DNA from: Mytilus edulis
Lineage: Eukaryota
DNA length: 64,000 nt
Assembly (NCBI RefSeq): GCF_963676685.1
Contig: NC_092344.1
Location: forward strand, 37,634,001-37,698,000
Direction: 5' to 3'
Position 1 is the stretch's first letter; each line of letters begins with the position of its first letter. Positions 49,522 through 61,684 of the stretch are shown here, piece after piece. The position numbers were made by a program, and so were the translations under genes. Under the pieces are notes generated by a model. The model saw nothing but the letters and a program-made list of their open reading frames with translations. It did no database searches and was not told the DNA's origin.

Positions 49522-50255
49522 AAAGTAATCTTTTAATCATAAATTCATTTCAGTTGCACTATTATTATATTTAAGACCCCTATGCATGGGAATGGAAGAC
49601 TTCAAAAAATAAATTTCTCCTATAAGGAGACATATTCCACTGAGAGCAAATTTATTCTTTTTCGGTTCATAAAACCATAGATGTAATAATGGGTATTACA
49701 TCTATGATAAAACCAATTTTCACCAGCTCATATTTTTATAGGTTGATTGATTGCTGGTATTTAAAGCCACATTCTGCATTCTTTCCTTTTTTTTTTTTGC
49801 AGGCAGCTTTTATTGGTTGAGAAAACCAGTGAGAGTACAGTCAGCAAGAACAGACGACCGTTAGCAGAAAAACTGGATAGACCCATGCACCTTGCCAAAG
49901 GCAGGGTTCAACCTGAGTCCTCAACTCATTGTTGAAAGCTAGTGATCACTGAACATGAACTACTTATACCACTTAACCCCTGTGTGACCAACATTTTTAA
50001 CTAACAACAAACATTTATCACTGGCTTAAATAAAAGATCTTAATCTTTTATCTTAAATTTCAGTTGAAGTAAATTTAGACACTTCCCAGCAATATCAATG
50101 TCTAATCCATTAATTTTCAAGAGACTTTAAACCATGCAGAATAACGTTGTATATTTTTTTATCATATAACTTACAATGTTAAAGAACATATTGAGGTTCT
50201 TGTCTTTTCTAAAAGAATAACAGATTATAGTTCATGATAAAATGTGTTACTCGAT

Positions 50256-50419
50256 CAGTCAGAGGTGGATTAAAGGGGGAGGGCCCAGGCCCCCACTTTT
50301 CTGGAAAAAAATTGTTTGATTATACAAATGTATAGGGAATCAATGAAGCACGTTTGGAGTTGGCCCCCTCTTAGGCAGTCAGTGGGCCCCACTTTTGAAA
50401 ATTTCTGGATCTGTCACTG
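50256..50419. mobile_element. Short decayed hAT-like MITE
   Basis: CAGTCAGAGGTGGATT ... GGATCTGTCACTG ends with a G/C-rich interior. A related CAGGGGCGAATCCAG start lies near 62313. Confidence 0.45.
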
Positions 50420-51527
50420 ATAGTACCATGTCAATTCAAACCAATTGCCACTTTTTATAGAAAATAAATAATAAAATAGTTTTTTTTATCCACTTAATAA
50501 GTTCTTTTTTATTTAAACTTTACATTTTAATGTTTAGAAAATTTAATTTTTTAATTTTTTATGACATTTTTTGAAGAAAAAAAACACACTTTTTTTTCAT
50601 GTAAAATTAACCAATTACTAATAAGCTCTTTTGGTATTAAAATATACTATATACTTACATTTGAGAGAAATTAATCTACCTCAAACATTCATTCATTCCA
50701 AATTATCAATGTAGATTTGCACTGCAAGAGATTTGAATTAGCAGGTAATGATCATGCAATTATCTCCCTTTAGATATGATCAAGTAAGCAGACACGATTA
50801 CCATGCTTCATTACAGCCATGATGGCTTCTACACCTGTGATATAACAATGGAATACAAACAATTCATGCAAAATTGTGCAAAGGTTAAACCATTCAGTGA
50901 AGGTGTAATGCTACAATCATAGTAAAACGCAGTGAACTGGACTATTTCCAAAATATTAAATACTCATACTGAGAAAATATGAAACCATGTAATTCAAATT
51001 AGTGAAAGAATCTAAATCACTTTGTTTGATATTAAAAGAATTTTTATTAGTGCGTAGCATCAGTTTTTGTGCATCTAAATCTTTTATGCACATTTTCCCC
51101 CTAGATTAATTTAAAGATCCTAACAATACTTGTTTGTATGGATACAAGGAATGTGATTATATGAAATACCAATGTGACAGTTGTTCTAAAATAAATATGA
51201 ATAGTTTTATCTATGAAGAAACTTAATTGACTGCAGTCCCTGAACCCTATACATTCACTACAGATTTTATAGATCAATAAGCAATCCATACAAAATTGGG
51301 TATACCAAGTTATATTTGCCAATGCCTTTCTACATTGGCTAGAGGTATAGGGGAGGGTTGAGATATCACGAAACATGTTTAACCCGACACTTTTTTTGCA
51401 TCTGTTCCCATGAAGGAGCCTCTGGTCTTTGTTAGGCTTATATTTTTTTCAATTTAAGTTCATTTATATGTTTTGGAGTTTAATACAAATTTATGACGCC
51501 CTTTTTCACTGAACTAGTACACAAAAA

Positions 51528-53252
51528 AACTAGAGGCTCTCAAGAGCCTGCGTTCACCTTGGTCTATGTGCATATTAACAATGGACACAGATAAATTCAT
51601 GACAAAATGGTGTTTTGGTGATGTATTTGTAGATCTTTCTTTACTGAACATTCTTGTTGCTACAATTATCTCTATCTAAATGAACTTGGACCAGTAATTA
51701 CAGTGGGAAATATTTCCTAAAAATTAACAAAAATTAACAAAAATTTATAAATATTGTTTTAACAATTCACTATAAAGGGCAATAACTCCTAAAGGGGTCA
51801 ATTGTCAATTTTGGTCATGTGACTTATTTGTAGATCTTATTTTGCTGAACATTATTGCTGTTTACAGTTTATCTCTATCTATAATAATATTCAAGATAAT
51901 AACCAAAATCTGCAAAATTTCCTTCAAATTACTTATTTCGGGGCAGCAACCCAACAACTGGTTGTTGGATTCATCTGAAAGTTTCAGGGCAGATAGATTT
52001 TCACTTGATGAACAATTTTACCCCATGTCAGATTTCCTCTAAATGCTTTGGTTTCAGAGATATAAGCCAAAATCTACATTTCACCTCTATGTTCTATTTT
52101 TAGTCATGGTGGCCATCTTGGTTGGTTGGCCGGATCACGCCACACATTTTTAAACTAGATACCCCAATAATGATTGTGGCCAAGTTTGGTTAAATTTGGC
52201 CCAGTAGTTTCAGAGGAAAAGAGTTTTGTATAAGATTACAAAAATTTATGAAAAATTGGTCAAAATTGTCTATAAAGGGCAATAACTCCTCAAGGGGTCA
52301 ACTGATAATTTTGGTCATGTTGACTTATTTGTAGATCTTACTTTGCTGAACATTATTGCTGTTTACAGTTTATCACTTTCTATAATAATATTCAAGATAA
52401 TAACCAAAATCTGCAAAATTTCCTTCAAATTACTTATTTCGGGGCAGCAACCCAACAACTGGTTGTTGGATTCATCTGAAAGTTTCAGGGCAGATAGATT
52501 TTCACTTGATGAACAATTTTACCCCATGTCAGATTTGCTCTAAATGCTTTGGTTTCAGGGATATAAGCCAAAATCTACATTTCACCCCTGTTCTATTTTT
52601 AACCATAACGGCCATCTTGGTTGGTTGGCCGGGTCAAGCCACACATTTTTTAAACTAAATACACCAAAGATGATTGTGGCCAAGTTTGGATTAATGTGGC
52701 CAAGTATTTTCAGAGAAGAAGATTTTTGTAATAGATTACTAAGATTTACGAAAAATAGTTAAAAATTGACTAAAAAGGGCAATAACTCCTAAAGGGGTCA
52801 ACTGACCATTTCGGTCATGTTGACTTATTTGTAAATCTTACTTTGCTGAACATTATTGCTGTTTACAGTTTTTCTCTATCGATAATAATATTCAAGATAA
52901 TAACCAAAAACAGCAATGGGTTGTCCGATTCATCTGAAAATTTCAGGGCAGATAGTCCTAGATCTTAACTTGATAAACATTTTTACCCCATATCAGATTT
53001 GCTCTAAATGCTTTGGTTTTTGAGTTATAAGCCAAAAACTGCTCACCTTGATGGCCATCTTGGTTGGTTGGCGGGGTCAGGCCACACATTTTTTAAACTA
53101 GACACCCCAATGATGATTGTGGTCAAGTTTGGTTTAATTTGGCCCAGTAGTTTCAGAGGAGAAGATTTTTGTAAAAGTTAACGACGGACACCAGACGCCG
53201 GATGCCAAGTGATGGGAAAAGCTCACTTATCCCTATGGGCCAGGTGAGCTAA
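51528..53252 (-). mobile_element. Second copy of the 501-bp-repeat HINE family, inserted in a SINE-like repeat (~51290-51520 and ~53256-53410)
   Basis: Same termini as 47684..49521. Units near 51766, 52266 and 52766. A third decayed fragment starts at about 60108. Confidence 0.85.
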
Positions 53253-54575
53253 AAAATGAAATTTTTGTTGAGGGGCCTGCTAAAGCCTGCCTCAGGGTTC
53301 TGTATTTTCTTGCTATGTTTAAGACCAATTTGTGGCCTTCCATTGTTTTCTGCTCTTTGGTCTATTGTTGTCTCTTTGACACATTCATCCTTTCCATTCT
53401 TAACTTTATTGCTTTAAAACAACCTGACATTTTGTCTTTCATTATCATTATTACCATACTGCAAATTATGGTAAGAATATAGAATATTTAAAAGGATGGA
53501 CCACATAACAATATGAAAAGTCAGATGAACATTACCCTCTTACATAAAACACTTATTATTGTACAGTATTAGTGAACACTTGTTGAAGACCATGTGTTGA
53601 CTTTTAGATGAGATTTTGTTGTTTCATTTGGTTGCTGGTACATTGATGTATATCTCCAATCTCCACAAAAACATAAACATTAAAAAATATATGTTGATTG
53701 TTTGTTCTTTAAGGAAATTCATACCAAAAGTTTAACCTGATATAACTGAACTGATATGTGAAATGACACATAGATAAAATATGTTTAACGACATTTCCTG
53801 TTAATATCATGTGCAACTTTTATCAAACAGTCTTTAATCTGAAGTATTACAAAAATTAGCAGATTTTTGCATAAATGATATCTATCTTCTTTGAAATGAT
53901 ATCTGCCATTACAAATAAGCTGATCCCTATGATTTTCATGACCTTAATTCAACATAAACATCCAATCATATTTGCGATACATTTTCTAAGAGGTGAAGAA
54001 TTATGTGAAGAATCAGCTTGAATTCAATAAGTACTTGAATCATAAAATATATAAAATTCAGTTAAAAAGGAAACTAATGATTATATGCAATATTAAAATA
54101 AAATTGTACGTAACCTTGAACTTTCACGCAGAATTCCAACCTTGTTTAAAGCTTTCCATAGATTTTGAACATTTCAACTTATCAGCTGACAAGAACTCGT
54201 TACAACTCATCACTGTCCAGCTTCATCCAATTACAAAGTATTTTGTTCAGTAGTACATGTACCAGTGAATAGGGTGAAGGAATATTTCTTTTAACAATGA
54301 ACAGAGAAACATACAGACAAGATGAATGCAAAACAGCCTTCACTCCTACTGTTGAGTATAAGGTTTAGAATAAATGTATTTACTCTTTTGAGTATTTTGC
54401 CTCCGAATCATTTTTAGACTTAAAGCAAAAATCACTTTTTAATTGTGACGTCAAATGTTTGGAATTATGATGTCAAGGTTTACGGGAGCCTGTGATTTTA
54501 TGTAATGGGTAACAAATTTGTATACAAGTGTAAATACGTCTATTGAAATGTAACAGTGTAGTAATTCTGCAAAAC

Positions 54576-54581
54576 TTTATT
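54576..54581 (-). terminator. Candidate polyadenylation signal for paralog B
   Basis: AATAAA on the - strand about 1.4 kb downstream of the stop, at the end of a T-rich UTR-like tract. Confidence 0.35.
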
Positions 54582-55968
54582 GTAATTGTTCTATTAATTT
54601 AAGGGGAGATTATTTATACTTTTCTTTCTTCAAAATGTTTTCAACCTTTTCATTGTTCTTAAATCTTTTGTTATACAAAACCAAAAATTACAAAACAAAA
54701 CTTTTTAATAAAAATAAATATTCTCAAAAATACAATTACCCTGTCAGCACCAATTTATATACAAATCAACAGATAGTAATCACAAAACCTTCAAAATAAC
54801 AGTATAGTTTTATAAATATATTCTAAAAAAAACCACAATTATTATGAAGGAAGCACCACTTTACAGATCATATATATACATTGCTATATAAGTAATGACA
54901 TATCAACAGCAAAATTATAGTTTACTACTTCTAACCAAATACAATAAGTCAATTACACCCAAAATATATACCGGTATGTTTCATACTTTTTTACAGGCAA
55001 GTTGTTGACAAATATTAAAAAGTATTAAAAAAAAAAACAATTTATTTCTTAGTTCTGTTTGTCATATGGATTCTAACAACTTGCTTTTCTGATAAAGGCT
55101 ACTTCAACCTAGAAACCATTGCTTTAACATTCCAAACAAATGAGAGAAAAAATCCCCCACTTGATAAAATATTAAAAAAACTAGATTTATCTCCCTTTCT
55201 ATACTATTTTGAATTACTAACTAATCTTAATTATACACAATTTATAACAGCATAATATTGAATATAGAAAATAAAATATTTCAAACTACACAAAAAAATA
55301 TACATAATACAGAATAATAATGTAAATTTACTAAATAATATGCCTTTTATTTACTAATTATCTAAATATAATACACCAAAATAAATTGGAAAATAATAAG
55401 TTTTATAGGAGTTGAAAATAGAAAATGGAAAATAACGGATTTTAATTTATTCCTTTTATACATCCTCACTGAAATAAACTGTTGAAAAACAGCGATATTT
55501 CAACAAGACTGTTTGTAATTCTTCAGATATGATCAATTTGGCAACAGATAATGTAAATTATGCAATACTTTCCAATTCCTTGAATTGACTGAGGATCAAG
55601 GGAAAATATTAATTTCAAAATGAGACATGGCTTAACAACTGCATACCAAATATCATTGACTTAACATCATATACAGACCTTATCACAGACACAATAAAGC
55701 TTTAACATTTAAATTATGCAAAATTTTCTTAAAGAATAAATGTTAAATGAGAGAACATAATCTACATAGAAGTGATATGTCACCGAGGCTGAAGCATCAT
55801 ACATGTAGACAAAAATCAAACATGCTATCAGGCTGGCAAACTCAAAGGAAAAATTATCTTTTTCTAACAATATTTTACAAAAGGTTTCTTTTCATCTTCC
55901 AAACTTATGAAAAATACATGTATCTAACAATTAAGAATGTTCATCAGAATTTTAATAATCAGTTCTTA

Positions 55969-58900
55969 TTATGCAGATTCACTGTTAAAATCTTTTAATC
56001 CTGAACCGTCAAGACCAACTGTGCGGGAGTTGTCAGAAGCAGACTTGTGTAAACTAGTTTGTCCAAAACTTCTTCCAAATGCTTGTTTTAATTCAATTTC
56101 CATACTTTCCATCAAGCTCACAGCAGACAAATTCAAATTGCTTCCAAAAGTTTCAGAAGTGACAAAACTAATTTCGTCAATTGATGTAATGTCACCTGTT
56201 TGAGTTCTTTTCATTGGGAAATCACATTTGATTGCCTCAATGTCCTTCACATTGAATTCCATTTCTATGATGAAAATAGAATTATTTTGAGATTCTTCAT
56301 GGATTTCAACACAAGTGTTACTAAGATCAATGCTAGCATTTCTTTTTTCTTGAATGACAGCACCATGAACCAGATCTGGCAGATTGGTTGTTAATGATGA
56401 CCTTGACCTTCCAAATCCATTAACAAAGCGTTCTTTGAATCTTGCATGTAAACTTGGTTTTTCCTTTTTATTTTTTTCATGAAACTTAGGTGTTACCCAT
56501 TCATGATTTTTGTCAATGTTATTATTCACATCTAATGCCGGTGATATGAATTCAAAGCTCTTTGTTTCATTTTGCTGATGAGTACAGCAACTACATCCAA
56601 AAGTTTCATAAGCTCTTTCGACAATATCATGCCAACTTGTTCTTTGGAAATTAACAGACTGTGTAGTTACATATACCATTAAAAAACACATACAAAATTC
56701 AACCAATCGTAAAAGAAACTGGTATGAAAAATAAGGCCATGGTTCAGGAGAATGATTATCAATCTGAATCTTATATACACCAAATATTCCATATATTTCC
56801 AGCAGAACACATACCAGTCCAAGAATTGCTGCTATCAGAGTAATTTTCACTGAGGTATTCAAATTATATTTAGTCTTTTTTCCTCTCTTTATTTTTCTAG
56901 AAGTATAGTCACTTGAAACAGATATAACATTTCTTCTTACAGCCGTCCTTCTAGTTTGATATGTAAATCTGTCTGTGTGTCCTCTGTGAATGGAAATTTT
57001 TGAACGACGAATTGCTGCTTTTCTCAACTTTGTGAATATGTATAAAAATCCAGCAAATAAAATTGTTCCCCATACAATGTAGAAAAGCTGACAGATTAAC
57101 ATTAATACCTGTGCTCTGGCAAATAACCCAACAATAATGTCAGTAACTATTGACAACCCAAAATGAAAAATAATTATCCCAATAAGAACTGTAAGTTTCT
57201 GTATTTTTGTTGAAAGCACCTGGACTTTGGTTGCCAGTAACAATGCATAAAACAAGATACTAAAAGCAGACGTCAAACATGGAAATGCTGTACTGTACAG
57301 GAAGTAATTAAGTATTATGGGAAATGTCTCATTTCTGTTTTGTGCATCAATTAAAAGATATAATCCTCTCAAGATAGCTATGACGGCAATCAAAATATTT
57401 AACATCACAAAGTAATTCCGACTGAATAAATGTTGCATTGGTAGTAAACGAACAATATTAAATACATTGTAAGATCCAAGTAAAAGGAACATTATTCCAA
57501 ATAAATAGACCAAAAAATCCCATCCCCATTTGTACTGTTTCATAGCAACATCCCAATCTGGAATAGGCTCAGCAAAGTGACCTTTAGGTTCAAATTCTGG
57601 TACTGATTCACCTTCAGGAATGGATTCTGGTACTGATTCATCATCAAAAGGGGATTCTGGTACTGATTCACCATCAAGAGGGGATTCTGGTACTGATTCA
57701 CCTTCATGAAATGATTCTAGTATGGATTCAACTTCAAGAGTAGATTCTGGTACTGATTCACCTTTAGAAATGGATTTGGATACTAATTCCCTTTCAAGAG
57801 TAGGTTCTGGTGATGATTCACCTACTGGAATGGATTCTGGTATTGATACACCTTCAGGAATGGATTTTGGTAATGATTCACCTTCAGGAATAGATTCTGG
57901 TGATGATTCACCTAATGGAATGGATTGTGGTATTGATTCACCTTCAGGAATGAATTCTGGTATTGATTCACCTTCAGGAATAGATTCTGGTGATGATTCA
58001 CCTACTGGAATGGATTCTGGTACTGTTTCATCGTCAATAGTGGATTCTGGTATTGGTTCACCTTCAGGAATGGATTCTGGTATTGGTTCACCTTCAGGAA
58101 TGGATTCTGGTGTTGGTTCACCTTCAGGAATGGATTTTGGTGATGATTCACCTACTGGAATGGATCCTGGTATTGGTTCACCTCCAGGAATGGATTCTGA
58201 TACTGATTCACCTTCAGGAATGGATTCTGGTACTGTTTCACTGTCAATAGAGGATTTTGGTATTGCTTTACCTCTAGGAATGGATTCTGATAATGATTTT
58301 CCTGCAAGAGTGGATTCTGGTATTGATTCACCTTCAGGAATGGATGCTGGTGATGATTCACCTACTGGAATGAATTCTGGTACTGTTTCACCGTCAATAG
58401 TGGATTTTGGTTGTGGTTCACCTCCAGGAATGGATTCTGATATTGATTTTCCTGCAAGAGTGGATTCTGGTGTTGATTCACCTTCAGGAATGGATTCTGG
58501 TATTGATTCACCTTTAGGAATGGATTCTGGTGATAATTCACCTACTGGAATGGATTCTGCTACTGTTTCACCGTCAATTGTGGAGCTTGGTATTGGTTCA
58601 CCTACAGGAATGGATTCTGGTACTGATTCACCTCTAATAGAAGATTCTAGTATTGGTTCACCTTCAAGAATGGACTCTGGTATTGGTTCACCTTTAATAG
58701 TAGATTTTGGTATTGGTTCACCTTCAATAGTGGATTTTGGTATTGGTTCACCTTCAACAGTGGATTCTGGCATTGGTTCACCTTTAATAGTAGATTCTGG
58801 TATTGGTTCACCTTCAATAGCATATTCTGGTATTGGTTCACCTTTAATAGCAGATTCTGGTATTGGTTCACCTTCAGGAATGGACTCGGGTATTGGTTCA

Positions 58901-59892
58901 CCTTCAACAGTGGATTCTGGTATTGGTTCACCTTTAATAGTAGATTCTGGTATTGGTTCACCTTCAATAGCAGATTCTGGTATTGGTTCACCTTTAATAG
59001 CAGATTCTGGTATTGGTTCACCTTCAGGAATGGACTCGGGTATTGGTTCACCTTTAATAGCAGATTCTGGTATTGATTCACCTTTAACAGTAGATTCTGG
59101 TATTGGTTCACCTTCAGAAATGGACTCTGGTATTGGTTCACCTTCAGAAATGGACTCTGGTATTGGTTCACCTTTAATAGTAGATTTTGATATTGGTTCA
59201 CCTTTAATAGTAGATTTTGGTATTGTTTCACCTTCAATAGTGGATTCTAGTATTGGTTCACCATCAGGAATGGACTCTGGTATTTGTTCACCTTCAAAAA
59301 CGGACTCTGGTATTGGTTCACCTTCAGAAACGGACTTTGGTATTCGTACACCTTCAGGAATGGACTCTGGTATTGGTTCACCTTCAGGAATGGATTCTGG
59401 TCCTGATTTACCTGCAATAGTGGACTCTGGTATTGGTTCACCTTCAGGAATGGACTCAGGTCCTGATTTACCTGCAATAGTGGATTCTGGTATTGGTTCA
59501 CCTTTAGGAGTGGATTCTGGTATTGGTTCACCATCAGGAATGGATTCTGATTCTATTTCATCTTCAAGAGTGGAATCAGGTACTGATTCACCATCAGGAA
59601 TGGATTTAAGTATGGATTCAACTTCAAGAGTAGATTCTTGTACAGATTCACCTTCAGGAGTGGATTCTGGTATGGATGCAGCTGTTGATGAAATAACTTT
59701 TGAATCTTGTTCTATCTCATGTTCAGACCTTCTACCAGTTCCTAAAGTGTCTTGTTCTGATATATTGACTGCTGCTCTAATAGACCGTGTAATAATAACA
59801 TTTTTCCCTGAGTAGTGATAAGAATATACATTCTGTCCTGGTCCACTACATAAAGACAGGAGAGTAAGTCCAAAAAGTTTTACATACCACAT
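55969..59892 (-). CDS. PRRT3/PRRT4-like 7-TM protein, paralog B, 1307 aa, single coding exon
   Basis: Signal peptide and about 69 PESIPEGEPI-type repeats. The 7-TM core aligns directly with paralog A (YKWGWDFLVYLFG, LRGLYL.IDA, YFLYSTA.PCLTSAFSILFYALLLAT, PEPWP.FSYQFLLR). Confidence 0.85.
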   Translation of the reverse strand: MWYVKLFGLTLLSLCSGPGQNVYSYHYSGKNVIITRSIRAAVNISEQDTLGTGRRSEHEIEQDSKVISSTAASIPESTPEGESVQESTLEVESILKSIPDGESVPDSTLEDEIESESIPDGEPIPESTPKGEPIPESTIAGKSGPESIPEGEPIPESTIAGKSGPESIPEGEPIPESIPEGVRIPKSVSEGEPIPESVFEGEQIPESIPDGEPILESTIEGETIPKSTIKGEPISKSTIKGEPIPESISEGEPIPESISEGEPIPESTVKGESIPESAIKGEPIPESIPEGEPIPESAIKGEPIPESAIEGEPIPESTIKGEPIPESTVEGEPIPESIPEGEPIPESAIKGEPIPEYAIEGEPIPESTIKGEPMPESTVEGEPIPKSTIEGEPIPKSTIKGEPIPESILEGEPILESSIRGESVPESIPVGEPIPSSTIDGETVAESIPVGELSPESIPKGESIPESIPEGESTPESTLAGKSISESIPGGEPQPKSTIDGETVPEFIPVGESSPASIPEGESIPESTLAGKSLSESIPRGKAIPKSSIDSETVPESIPEGESVSESIPGGEPIPGSIPVGESSPKSIPEGEPTPESIPEGEPIPESIPEGEPIPESTIDDETVPESIPVGESSPESIPEGESIPEFIPEGESIPQSIPLGESSPESIPEGESLPKSIPEGVSIPESIPVGESSPEPTLERELVSKSISKGESVPESTLEVESILESFHEGESVPESPLDGESVPESPFDDESVPESIPEGESVPEFEPKGHFAEPIPDWDVAMKQYKWGWDFLVYLFGIMFLLLGSYNVFNIVRLLPMQHLFSRNYFVMLNILIAVIAILRGLYLLIDAQNRNETFPIILNYFLYSTAFPCLTSAFSILFYALLLATKVQVLSTKIQKLTVLIGIIIFHFGLSIVTDIIVGLFARAQVLMLICQLFYIVWGTILFAGFLYIFTKLRKAAIRRSKISIHRGHTDRFTYQTRRTAVRRNVISVSSDYTSRKIKRGKKTKYNLNTSVKITLIAAILGLVCVLLEIYGIFGVYKIQIDNHSPEPWPYFSYQFLLRLVEFCMCFLMVYVTTQSVNFQRTSWHDIVERAYETFGCSCCTHQQNETKSFEFISPALDVNNNIDKNHEWVTPKFHEKNKKEKPSLHARFKERFVNGFGRSRSSLTTNLPDLVHGAVIQEKRNASIDLSNTCVEIHEESQNNSIFIIEMEFNVKDIEAIKCDFPMKRTQTGDITSIDEISFVTSETFGSNLNLSAVSLMESMEIELKQAFGRSFGQTSLHKSASDNSRTVGLDGSGLKDFNSESA
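57590..59672 (-). repeat. Coding 30-nt tandem repeat, about 69 units (PESIPEGEPI consensus), with 150-nt higher-order blocks
   Basis: 30-nt register is visible across the array. Diagnostic variants recur 150 nt apart. Confidence 0.95.
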
Positions 59893-61362
59893 TGTTAAGC
59901 ATTTCTATGCCACTCTGACACTGACTAAAACCAATTCTGTACTTCAATTCTCTGTCCATGAATTTAGTCCTTTCTCAGATATAACAGTAACATCAATGTA
60001 CATTATCAATAGTAGGTCTGCTTCTGTTTTTTATCTGAAAGTATTTAAAAAATTAAATTAAATTTCTTCTGAACATACATGTATATGTAAACATTTTTCT
60101 AGATTAAAAACTAGATGCTCTCAAGAGCCTGTGTCACTCACCTGTATAAACTGTAGTTTTGGAAATCATGTATGATAGTAAGGTTTAAATCATAATAAAT
60201 AGTATTGAATACCCCAATAATGACGCCAAGTTTGGTTTAATTTGGCCCAGTTGTTGAATTAAAAGCAGGTCATCCCACTAGAAACTAGACGTACAATAGC
60301 TACTGTAGACCCCTTATCATTATCTAAACTAGTTTTCAAGATGTGATCATTTGAATTTGCTTTTTTTTACAATTTTCCTTTAAGATTTCTAAAGTAAACC
60401 CCTATGTTCTTTTTTTAGCAATGGCAGCCATGTGGACAGGGTCATCAGACGTATTTTTTCAATTAAGATACCGGTACCCTATTGAAAATTGTGGCCAAGT
60501 TTAATTCTATTTGACTCTTAAAATTACCAATTCAGGAGCAACAATTCAACAACAGGCTGTCTGATTCGAGTAAAAATCTCAGGGCATATAGTTTTTAACC
60601 TAAAACGATATGGTCAGGTAAACAATCCTTACAATCAATCATTACATACCGGATACACCAAATATACTAGAAAATTTAACCTATTGTTTGCAGCATCTGC
60701 AAACAGACCTTACAAAAAAACCCATGAAAATGTGGTCAAAGTCAAATGAAATTTACACTTTGTAATTATTCCATGCACGATCATGCACCCCAAATAGTTA
60801 ATTTATTGCTAATAGTATCTTAGATTCTGAGAAACATACTCCATTCAACAATGGATGGATGGATGCTCTCACCCCATATGGAATTTACTGACCCCATATA
60901 TACCGTATTAAGGCACTAGCACACTATGTAACTAATAATGTTAAATAATATTAAATATAACTGGAAAGAAGAAGAATTAATACCATTATGATACAATTAA
61001 GTCATTTATTTTTTATACATTTTGGACTTTCTTAACCATGTTAACTCTCAACTTAAACTACAGAAATGTTTTAACTCTCTACCCGACTTCTCAACTTTTT
61101 AAATTCTAGGCTCTAGCTATATTCATAACTGGACTCAATCTTGAAATTTAATTTGTAATTCCACTTTTTCAACTGGCAACTCAACAATTGTACCAATAAC
61201 TGGATAACTCGACCATCAATTGTAACTGGCAACACAACTTGTGTTTAAACTGGAAATATGACTTTCTTAACTGATCTTACATGTAACTCACAACTAAAGC
61301 ACGACAGAAGCAGGTTCCCTCTTACACTTATATTAGGCAGTCATTATAATGAGCCCCCTTAT

Positions 61363-61684
61363 GAGGGTACTAATGCCCTTTACGTCAGGTGTCAAACAGT
61401 CTCTTTTTGTGTACCGTTTGCATCAATTGGATAAAATTTTACCGTGACTCGTCAAAATATCCTTATCATAATTCGTCAGAGGTCTCAAATAATTATCGTA
61501 AATATCGTAACCATCCTTTTTAAAAAAAATTAAAGTGATTTGTCAAAATCAGTCGATGCTTTTATCTTCTAAAAGAAAGTGTACATTTTATCATCACACA
61601 CCAAAAATTATCCTTAACGTCATTTAGTAAGTATTTACTGTTATTCGTCATGAAGGTACCCCCATAATCCCCATTACGACCCTC
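61363..61684. mobile_element. Short TIR element; second copy at about 10003-10258
   Basis: GAGGGTACTAATG/CATTACGACCCTC ends. The interior GGTGTCAAACAGTC...GTCAAAATATCCTTAT...GAAGGTACCC is shared with the 10-kb copy. Confidence 0.6.

Noticed and set aside
47920-52762. Repeated short ORFs (MLNIIAVYSLSLSIIIFK...)
   Set aside because: They lie inside the 501-bp HINE core units and vary by stops and frameshifts between copies.
58053-59534. Alternative-frame ORFs (KVNQYQNLLL and VHLQEWILVL repeats)
   Set aside because: Frame shadows of the same array, broken by stops, whereas the main frame is continuous.
57722-59815. 697-aa + strand ORF (DSGIGSPSGM repeats) antisense to paralog B
   Set aside because: Shadow of a 30-nt repeat whose antisense frame lacks stops. 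It ends near the repeat limits and has no independent domain or splice context.
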